Shown: positions 48,801 through 61,500 of the stretch, piece after piece
How positions within the stretch are numbered: position 1 is the first letter of the stretch
Layout of the letters: the number at the start of each line of letters is the position of its first letter
Assembly (NCBI GenBank): GCA_964016885.1
Contig: OZ024744.1
Coordinates: forward strand, 12,214,001-12,278,000
Source: Eledone cirrhosa
Taxonomy: Eukaryota
Length of the DNA: 64,000 nucleotides
Direction of reading: 5' to 3'
Translations under genes and position numbers: made by a program
Notes under the pieces: generated by a model
The model's database searches: none
Told to the model about the DNA's origin: nothing
Seen by the model: only the letters and a program-made list of their open reading frames with translations

Positions 48801-51800
48801 TAATGACGGTCTATAACATAAAACATTCTATTTGTCCATATAATGACTGTCTATAACATAAAACATTCTATGTGACCATCTAATGACTGTCTATAACATA
48901 AAACATTCTATTTGTCCATCTAATGACGGTCTATAACATAAAACATTCTATTTGTCCATCTAATGTCTGTCTATAACATAAAACATTCTATTTGACAATC
49001 TAATGACTGTCTATAACACATAACATTCTATTTGACCATCTAATGACTGTCTATAACATAAAACATTCTATTTGACTATCTAATGACTGTCTATAACATA
49101 AAACATTCTATTTGACCATCTAATGACTGTCTATAACATAACACATTCTATTTCACCATCTAATGACTGTCTAGAACGTAAAACATTCTATTTAACCATC
49201 TAATGACGTTATATAACATAAAACATTCTATTTGACCATCTAATGACTGTCTATAACATAAAACATTCTATGTGACCATCTAATGACTGTCTATAACATA
49301 AAACATTCTATTTGTCCATCTAATGACGGTCTATAACATAAAACATTATATTTGTCGATCTAATGACGGTCTATAACATTAAACATTCTATTTCACCATC
49401 TAATGACTGTCTATAACATTAAACATTCTACTTGACAATCTAATGACTGTCTATAACACAGAACATTCTATTTGACCATCTAATGACTGTCTATAACATA
49501 AAACATTCTATTTTACTATCTAATGACTGTCTATAACATAAAACATTCTATTTGACCATCTAATGACTCTCTATTACATAACACATTCTATTTCACCATC
49601 GAATGACTGTCTAGAACGTAAAACATTCTATTTAGCCATCTAATGACGGTATATAACATAAAACATTCTATTTGACCATCTAATGACTTTCTATAACATA
49701 AAACATTCTATTTGACCATCTAATGACTGTCTATAAGATAAAACATTCTATGTGACCATCTAATGACTGTCTATAACATAAAACATTCTATTTGTCCATC
49801 TAATGACAGTCTATAACATAACACATTATATTTCACCATCTAATGAGGGTCTATAACATGCAACATTCTATTTCACCATCTAATGACTGTCTATAACATA
49901 AAATATTCTATGTGACCATCTAATGACTGTCTATAACATAAAACATTCTATTTGTCCATCTAATGACTGTCTAGAACATAAAACATTCTATTTGACCATC
50001 TAATGACTGTCTATAACATAACACATTCTATTTTACCATCTAATGACTATCTAGAACGTAAAACATTCTATTTAACCATCTAATGACGGTATATAACATA
50101 AGACATTCTATTTAACCATCTAATGACGGTCTATAACATAAAACATTCTATTTGACCATCTAATGACTGTCTATATCATGAAACATTCTATTTGTCCATC
50201 TAATGACAGTCTATAACATAAAACATTCTATGTGACCATCTAATGACTGTCTATAACATAAAACATTCTATTTGTCCATCTAATGACGATCTATAACATA
50301 ACACATTATATTTGTCCATTTAATGACGGTCTATAACATAAAACATTCTATGTGACCATCTAATGACTGTTTATAACATAAAACATTCTATGTGACCATC
50401 TAATGACCGCCTATAACATAAAACATTCTATTTGACCATCAAATGACTGTCTATAACATAAAACATTCTATTTGACCATCTAATGACTGTCTATAACATA
50501 AAACATTCTATGTGACCATCTAATCACCGTCTATAACATAAAACATTCTATTTGTCCATCTAATGACTGTCTATAACATAAAACATTCTATTTGTCCATC
50601 TAATGACGGTCTATAACATAAAACATTCTATTTGTCCATCTAATGACTTTCTATAAGATAAAACATTCTATTTGTCCATCTAATGACGGTCTATAACATT
50701 AAACATTCTATTTCACCTTCTAATGACTGTCTATAACATAAAACATTCTATTTGACCATCAAATGACTGTCTATAACATGAAACATTCTATTTGACCATG
50801 TAATAACGGTCTATAACATAAAACATTCTATTTGTCCATCTAATGACTGTCTATAACATAAAACATTCTATTTGACCATCTAATGACTGTCTATAACATA
50901 AAACATTCTATTCGACCATCTGATGACTGTCTATAACATAAAACATTCTATGTGACCATCTAATGACTGTCTATAACATAAAACTTTCTATTTGTCCATC
51001 TAATGACTTTCTATAAGATAAAACATTCTATTTGTCCATCTAATGACGGTCTATAACATTAAACATTCTATTTCACCTTCTAATGACTGTCTATAACATA
51101 AAACATTCTATTTGACAATCTAATGACTGTCTATATCATAACACATTCTATTTAACCATCTAATGACGGTCTATAACATAAAACATTTATTTGTCCATCT
51201 AATGACGGTCTATAACATAAAACATTCTATTTGTCCATCTAATGACGGTCTATAATATTAAACATTCTATTTCACCATCTAATGACTGTCTATAACATAA
51301 AACATTCTATTTGACAATCTAATGACTGTCTATAACACAGAACATTCTATTTGACCACCTAATGACTGTCTATAACATAAAACATTCTATTTTACTATCT
51401 AATGACTGTCTATAACATAAAACATTCTATTTGACCATCTAATGACTGTCTATAACATAACACATTCTATTTCACCATCTAATGACTGTCTAGAACGTAA
51501 AACATTCTATTTCACCATCTAATGACGGTATATAACATAAAATATTCTATGTGACCATCTAATGACTGTCTATAAGATAAAACATTCTATTTGTCCATCT
51601 AATGACTGTCTATAACATAAAACATTCTATTTGACTATCTAATGACTGTCTATAACATAAAACATTCTATTTGACCATCTAATGACTGTCTATAGCATAA
51701 AACATTCTATTTGACCATCTAATGACTGTCTATAACATAAAACATTCTAGTTAACCATCTAATGACGGTCTATAACATAAAACATCTATTTGTCCATCTA

Positions 51801-54800
51801 ATGATGGTCTATAATATAAAACATTCTATTTGACAATCTAACGACTGTCTATAACATAAAACATTCTATTTGTCCATCTAATGACTGTCTATAACATCAA
51901 ACATTCTATTTGTCCATCTAATGAAGGTCTATAACATAAAACATTCTACTTCACCATCTAATGACTGTCTATATCATAAAAAATTCTATGTGACTATGTA
52001 ATGACTGTCTATAACATAAAACATTCTATTTGTCCATCTAATGACAGTCTATAATATAAAATATTCTATTTGTCCATCTAATGACTGTCTATAACACCAA
52101 ACATTCTATTTGTCCTTCTAATGATGGTCTATAACATAAAACATTCTATTTGTCCATATAATGACGGTCTATAACACAAAACATTGTATTTGACCATCTA
52201 ATGACTCTCTGTAACATAAAGCATTCTATGTGACCATCTAATGACTGTCTATAACATGAAAAATTCTATTTGTCCATCTAATGACGTTCTATAACATGAA
52301 ACATTCTATTTGTCCATCTAATGACGGTCTATAACATGAAACATTCTATTTGACCATCTAATAACGGTCTATAACATAAAACATTCTATTTGTCCATCTA
52401 ATGACTGTCTATAACATAAAACATTCTATTTGACCATCTAATGACTGTCTATAACATAAAACATTCTATTCGACCATCTAATGACTGTCTATAACATAAA
52501 ACATTCTACGTGACGATCTAATGACTGTCTATAACATAAAACATTCTATGTGACCATCTAATGACTGTCTATAAGATAAAACATTCTATTTGTCCATCTA
52601 ATGACGGTCTATAATATTAAACATTCTATTTGTCCAACTAATGACGGTCTATAACATAAAACCTTCTATTTGACCATCTAATGACTGTCTATAACATAAA
52701 ACATTCTATTTGTCCATCTAATGACGGTCTATTACATAAAACATTCTCTTTGACCATCTAATGACTGTCTATAACAAAAAACATTCTATTTGTCCATCTA
52801 ATGACGATCTATAACATAAAACATACTATGTGACCATCTAATCACTGTCTATAACATAAAACATTCTATTTGTCCATCTAATGACTGTCTATAACATAAA
52901 ACATTCTATTTGTCCATCTAATGACGGTCTAAACATAAAACATTCTATTTGTCCATATAATGACTGTCTATAACATAAAACATTCTATGTGACCATCTAA
53001 TGACTGTCTATATAATTAAATATTCTATTTGTCCATCTAATGACGGTCTATAACATAAAACATTCTATTTGTCCATCTAATGTCTGTCTATAACATAAAA
53101 CATTCTATTTGACAATCTAATGACTGTCTATAACACAGACAATTCTATTTGACCATCTAATGACTGTCTATAACATAACACATTCTATTTCACCATCTAA
53201 TGACTGTCTAGAACGTAAAACATTCTATTTAACCATCTAATGACGGTATATAACATAAAACATTCTATTTGACCATCTAATGACTGTCTATAACATAAAA
53301 CATTCTATGTGACCATCTAATGACGGTCTATAACATAAAACATTATATTTGTCGATCTAATGACGGTCTATAACATTAAACATTCTATTTCACCATCTAA
53401 TGACTGTCTATAACATAAAACATTCTACTTGACAATCTAATGACTGTCTATATCACAGAACATTCTATTTGACCATCTAATGACTGTCTATAACATAAAA
53501 CATTCTATTTTACTATGTAATGACTGTCTATAACATAAAACATTCTATTTGACCATCTAATGACGGTCTATTACATAAAACATTCTATTTGACCATCTAA
53601 TGACTGTCTATAACATGAAACATTATATTTGTCCATCTAGTGACGATCTATAACATAAAACATACTATGTGACCATCTAATCACTGTCTATAACATAAAA
53701 CATTTTATTTGTCCATCTAATGACTGTCCATAACATAAAACATTCTATTTGTCCCTCTAATGACGGTCTATAACATAAAACATTCTATTTGTCCATATAA
53801 TGACTGTCTATAACATAAAACATTCTATGTGACCATCTAATGACTGTCTATAACATAAAACATTCTATTTGTCCATCTAATGACGGTCTATAACATAAAA
53901 CATTCTATTTGTCCATCTAATGTCTGTCTATAACATAAAACATTCTATTTGACAATCTAATGACTGTCTATAACACATAACATTCTATTTGACCATCTAA
54001 TGACTGTCTATAACATAAAACATTCTATTTGACTATCTAATGACTGTCTATAACATAAAACATTCTATTTGACCATCTAATGACTGTCTATAACATAACA
54101 CATTCTATTTCACCATCTAATGACTGTCTAGAACGTAAAACATTCTATTTAACCATCTAATGACGTTATATAACATAAAACATTCTATTTGACCATCTAA
54201 TGACTGTCTATAACATAAAACATTCTATGTGACCATCTAATGACTGTCTATAACATAAAACATTCTATTTGTCCATCTAATGACGGTCTATAACATAAAA
54301 CATTATATTTGTCGATCTAATGACGGTCTATAACATTAAACATTCTATTTCACCATCTAATGACTGTCTATAACATTAAACATTCTACTTGACAATCTAA
54401 TGACTGTCTATAACACAGAACATTCTATTTGACCATCTAATGACTGTCTATAACATAAAACATTCTATTTTACTATCTAATGACTGTCTATAACATAAAA
54501 CATTCTATTTGACCATCTAATGACTCTCTATTACATAACACATTCTATTTCACCATCGAATGACTGTCTAGAACGTAAAACATTCTATTTAGCCATCTAA
54601 TGACGGTATATAACATAAAACATTCTATTTGACCATCTAATGACTTTCTATAACATAAAACATTCTATTTGACCATCTAATGACTGTCTATAAGATAAAA
54701 CATTCTATGTGACCATCTAATGACTGTCTATAACATAAAACATTCTATTTGTCCATCTAATGACAGTCTATAACATAACACATTATATTTCACCATCTAA

Positions 54801-55590
54801 TGAGGGTCTATAACATGCAACATTCTATTTCACCATCTAATGACTGTCTATAACATAAAATATTCTATGTGACCATCTAATGACTGTCTATAACATAAAA
54901 CATTCTATTTGTCCATCTAATGACTGTCTAGAACATAAAACATTCTATTTGACCATCTAATGACTGTCTATAACATAACACATTCTATTTTACCATCTAA
55001 TGACTATCTAGAACGTAAAACATTCTATTTAACCATCTAATGACGGTATATAACATAAGACATTCTATTTAACCATCTAATGACGGTCTATAACATAAAA
55101 CATTCTATTTGACCATCTAATGACTGTCTATATCATGAAACATTCTATTTGTCCATCTAATGACAGTCTATAACATAAAACATTCTATGTGACCATCTAA
55201 TGACTGTCTATAACATAAAACATTCTATTTGTCCATCTAATGACGATCTATAACATAACACATTATATTTGTCCATTTAATGACGGTCTATAACATAAAA
55301 CATTCTATGTGACCATCTAATGACTGTTTATAACATAAAACATTCTATGTGACCATCTAATGACCGCCTATAACATAAAACATTCTATTTGACCATCAAA
55401 TGACTGTCTATAACATAAAACATTCTATTTGACCATCTAATGACTGTCTATAACATAAAACATTCTATGTGACCATCTAATCACCGTCTATAACATAAAA
55501 CATTCTATTTGTCCATCTAATGACTGTCTATAACATAAAACATTCTATTTGTCCATCTAATGACGGTCTATAACATAAAACATTCTATTT
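45820..55590. repeat. Tandem duplication of 4,957 bp (124 monomers minus 3 bp), ~45820-50630 / ~50777-55590
   Basis: Rare variants are paired at offset 4957: TCTAAACATA 47971/52928, GTCCAACT ~47675/52632, AACAAAAA 47816/52773, GTCCCTCT 48794/53751 and CATGTAATAAC 45840/50797. Confidence 0.92.
46720..47170. repeat. Divergent monomer cassette, copy 1 (other copies at ~51677-52127 and ~60360-60890)
   Basis: A run of monomers with dense rare variants: TAGTTAACC, AAACATCT deletion, ATGATGG, TAACGACTG, CATCAAAC, TGAAGG, TATCATAAAAAATTC, GACTATGT, CACCAAAC, GTCCTT. Confidence 0.85.
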
Positions 55591-58500
55591 CACCATATAA
55601 TGACTGTCTATAACATAAAACTTTCTATGTGACCATCTAATGACGGTCTATAACATGAAACATTCTATTTGACCATCTAATGACTGTCTATAACATAAAA
55701 CATTCTATTTTTCCGTCTAATGACTGTCTATAACATAAAACATTCTATTTGTCCATATAATGACGGTCTATAACACAAAACATTGTATTTGACCATCTAA
55801 TGACTCTCTGTAACATAAAGCATTCTATGTGACCATCTAATGACTGTCTATAACATGAAAAATTCTATTTGTCCATCTAATGACGTTCTAGAACATGAAA
55901 TATTCTATTTGTCCATCTAATGACGGTCTATAACATGAAACATTCTATTTGACCATCTAATAACGGTCTATAACATAAAACATTCTATTTGTCCATCTAA
56001 TGACTGTCTATAACATAAAACATTCTATTTGACCATCTAATGACTGTCTATAACATAAAACATTCTATTCGACCATCTGATGACTGTCTATAACATAAAA
56101 CATTCTATGTGACCATCTAATGACTGTCTATAACATAAAACATTCTATTTGTCCATCTAATGACGGTCTATAATATTAAACATTCTATTTGTCCATCTAA
56201 TGACGGTCTATAACATAAAACCTTCTATTTGACCATCTAATGACTGTCTATAACATAAAACATTCTATTTGTCCATCTAATGACGGTCTATTACATAAAA
56301 CAATCTCTTTGACCATCTAATGACTGTCTATAACATAAAACATTCTATTTGTCCATCTAATGACGATCTATAACATAAAACATACTATGTGACCATCTAA
56401 TCACTGTCTATAACATAAAACATTCTATTTGTCCATCTAATGACTGTCTATAACATAAAACATTCTATTTGTCCATCTAATGACGGTCTATAACATAAAA
56501 CATTCTATTTGTCCATATAATGACTGTCTATAACATAAAACATTCTATGTGACCATCTAATGACTGTCTATATAATTAAATATTCTATTTGTCCATCTAA
56601 TGACGGTCTATAACATAAAACATTCTATTTGTCCATCTAATGTCTGTCTATAACATAAAACATTCTATTTGACAATCTAATGACTGTCTATAACACAGAC
56701 AATTCTATTTGACTATCTAATGACTGTCTATAACATAACACATTCTATTTCACCATCTAATGACTGTCTAGAACGTAAAACATTCTATTTAACCATCTAA
56801 TGACGGTATATAACATAAAACATTCTATTTGACCATCTAATGACTGTCTATAACATAAAACATTCTATGTGACCATCTAATGACGGTCTATAACATAAAA
56901 CATTATATTTGTCGATCTAATGACGGTCTATAACATTAAACATTCTATTTCACCATCTAATGACTGTCTATAACATAAAACATTCTACTTGACAATCTAA
57001 TGACTGTCTATATCACGGAACATTCTATTTGACCATCTAATGACTGTCTATAACATAAAACATTCTATTTTACTATGTAATGACTGTCTATAACATAAAA
57101 CATTCTATTTGACCATCTAATGACGGTCTATTACATAAAACATTCTATTTGACCATCTAATGACTGTCTATAACATGAAACATTATATTTGTCCATCTAG
57201 TGACGATCTATAACATAAAACATACTATGTGACCATCTAACCACTGTCTATAACATAAAACATTTTATTTGTCCATCTAATGACTGTCCATAACATAAAA
57301 CATTCTATTTGTCCATCTAATGACGGTCTATAACATAAAACATTCTATTTGTCCATATAATGACTGTCTATAACATAAAACATTCTATGTGACCATCTAA
57401 TGACTGTCTATAACATAAAACATTCTATTTGTCCATCTAATGACGGTCTATAACATAAAACATTCTATTTGTCCATCTAATGTCTGTCTATAACATAAAA
57501 CATTCTATTTGACAATCTAATGACTGTCTATAACACATAACATTCTATTTGACCATCTAATGACTGTCTATAACATAAAACATTCTATTTGACTATCTAA
57601 TGACTGTCTATAACATAAAACATTCTATTTGACCATCTAATGACTGTCTATAACATAACACATTCTATTTCACCATCTAATGACTGTCTAGAACGTAAAA
57701 CATTCTATTTAACCATCTAATGACGTTATATAACATAAAACATTCTATTTGACCATCTAATGACTGTCTATAACATAAAACATTCTATGTGACCATCTAA
57801 TGACTGTCTATAACATAAAACATTCTATTTGTCCATCTAATGACGGTCTATAACATAAAACATTATATTTGTCGATCTAATGACGGTCTATAACATTAAA
57901 CATTCTATTTCACCATCTAATGACTGTCTATAACATTAAACATTCTACTTGACAATCTAATGACTGTCTATAACACAGAACATTCTATTTGACCATCTAA
58001 TGACTGTCTATAACATAAAACATTCTATTTTACTATCTAATGACTGTCTATAACATAAAACATTCTATTTGACCATCTAATGACTCTCTATTACATAACA
58101 CATTCTATTTCACCATCGAATGACTGTCTAGAACGTAAAACATTCTATTTAGCCATCTAATGACGGTATATAACATAAAACATTCTATTTGACCATCTAA
58201 TGACTTTCTATAACATAAAACATTCTATTTGACCATCTAATGACTGTCTATAAGATAAAACATTCTATGTGACCATCTAATGACTGTCTATAACATAAAA
58301 CATTCTATTTGTCCATCTAATGACAGTCTATAACATAACACATTATATTTCACCATCTAATGAGGGTCTATAACATGCAACATTCTATTTCACCATCTAA
58401 TGACTGTCTATAACATAAAATATTCTATGTGACCATCTAATGACTGTCTATAACATAAAACATTCTATTTGTCCATCTAATGACTGTCTAGAACATAAAA

Positions 58501-61500
58501 CATTCTATTTGACCATCTAATGACTGTCTATAACATAACACATTCTATTTTACCATCTAATGACTATCTAGAACGTAAAACATTCTATTTAACCATCTAA
58601 TGACGGTATATAACATAACACATTCTATTTAACCATCTAATGACGGTCTATAACATAGAACATTCTATTTGACCATCTAATGACTGTCTATATCATGAAA
58701 CATTCTATTTGTCCATCTAATGACAGTCTATAACATAAAACATTCTATGTGACCATCTAATGACTGTCTATAACATAAAACATTCTATTTGTCCATCTAA
58801 TGACGATCTATAACATAACACATTATATTTGTCCATTTAATGACGGTCTATAACATAAAACATTCTATGTGACCATCTAATGACTGTCTATAACATAAAA
58901 CATTCTATGTGACCATCTAATGACCGCCTATAACATAAAACATTCTATTTGACCATCAAATGACTGTCTATAACATAAAACATTCTATTTGACCATCTAA
59001 TGACTGTCTATAACATAAAACATTCTATGTGACCATCTAATCACCTTCTATAACATAAAACATTCTATTTGTCCATCTAATGACTGTCTATAACATAAAA
59101 CATTCTATTTGTCCATCTAATGACGGTCTATAACATAAAACATTCTATTTCACCATATAATGACTGTCTATAACATAAAACTTTCTATGTGACCATCTAA
59201 TGACGGTCTATAACATGAAACATTCTATTTGACCATCTAATGACTGTCTATAACATAAAACATTCTATTTGTCCGTCTAATGACTGTCTATAACATAAAA
59301 CATTCTATTTGTCCATATAATGACGGTCTATAACACAAAACATTGTATGTGACCATCTAATGACTCTCTGTAACATAAAGCATTCTATGTGACCATCTAA
59401 TGACTGTCTATAACATGAAAAATTCTATTTGTCCATCTAATGACGTTCTATAACATGAAACATTCTATTTGTCCATCTAATGACGGTCTATAACATGAAA
59501 CATTCTATTTGACCATCTAATAACGGTCTATAACATAAAACATTCTATTTGTCCATCTAATGACTGTCTATAACATAAAACATTCTATTTGACCATCTAA
59601 TGACGGTCTATAACATTAAACATTCTATTTCACCTTCTAATGACTGTCTATAACATAAAACATTCTATTTGACAATCTAATGACTGTCTATAACACAGAA
59701 CATTCTATTTGACCACCTAATGACTGTCTATAACATAAAACATTCTATTTTACTATCTAATGACTGTCTATAACATAAAACATTCTATTTGACAATCTAA
59801 TGACTGTCTATATCATAACACATTCTATTTAACCATCTAATGACGGTCTATAACATAAAACATTTATTTGTCCATCTAATGACGGTCTATAACATAAAAC
59901 ATTCTATTTGTCCATCTAATGACGGTCTATAATATTAAACATTCTATTTCACCATCTAATGACTGTCTATAACATAAAACATTCTATTTGACAATCTAAT
60001 GACTGTCTATAACACAGAACATTCTATTTGACCACCTAATGACTGTCTATAACATAAAACATTCTATTTTACTATCTAATGACTGTCTATAACATAAAAC
60101 ATTCTATTTGACCATCTAATGACTGTCTATAACATAACACATTCTATTTCACCATCTAATGACTGTCTAGAACGTAAAACATTCTATTTAACCATCTAAT
60201 GACGGTATATAACATAAAATATTCTATGTGACCATCTAATGACTGTCTATAACATAAAACATTCTATTTGTCCATCTAATGACGGTCTATAACATAAAAC
60301 ATTCTATTTGACTATCTAATGACTGTCTATAACATAAAACATTCTATTTGACCATCTAATGACTGTCTATAGCATAAAACATTCTATTTGACCATCTAAT
60401 GACTGTCTATAACATAAAACATTCTAGTTAACCATCTAATGACGGTCTATAACATAAAACATCTATTTGTCCATCTAATAATGGTCTATAATATAAAACA
60501 TTCTATTTGACAATCTAACGACTGTCTATAACATAAAACATTCTATTTGTCCATCTAATGACTGTCTATAACATCAAACATTCTATTTGTCCATCTAATG
60601 AAGGTCTATAACATAAAACATTCTACTTCACCATCTAATGACTGTCTATATCATAAAAAATTCTATGTGACTATGTAATGACTGTCTATAACATAAAACA
60701 TTCTATTTGTCCATCTAATGACAGTCTATAATATAAAATATTCTATTTGTCCATCGAATGACTGTCTATAACACAAAACATTCTATTTGACCATCTAATG
60801 ACTGTCTATAACGTAAAACAATTTATGTGACCATCTAATGACTGTCTATAACACCAAACATTCTATTTGTCCTTCTAATGATGGTCTATAACATAAAACA
60901 TTCTATTTGTCCATATAATGACGGTCTATAACACAAAACATTGTATTTGACCATCTAATGACTCTCTGTAACATAAAGCATTCTATGTGACCATCTAATG
61001 ACTGTCTATAACATGAAAAATTCTATTTGTCCATCTAATGACGTTCTATAACATGAAACATTCTATTTGTCCATCTAATGACGGTCTATAACATGAAACA
61101 TTCTATTTGACCATCTAATAACGGTCTATAACATAAAACATTCTATTTGTCCATCTAATGACTGTCTATAACATAAAACATTCTATTTGACCATCTATCA
61201 CTGTCTATAACATAAAACATTCTATTCGACCATCTAATGACTGTCTATAACATAAAACATTCTATGTGACGATCTAATGACTGTCTATAACATAAAACAT
61301 TCTATGTGACCATCTAATGACTGTCTATAAGATAAAACATTCTATTTGTCCATCTAATGACGGTCTATAATATTAAACATTCTATTTGTCCATCTAATGA
61401 CGGTCTATAACATAAAACCTTCTATTTGACCATCTAATGACTGTCTATAACATAAAACATTCTATTTGTCCATCTAATGACGGTCTATTACATAAAACAT

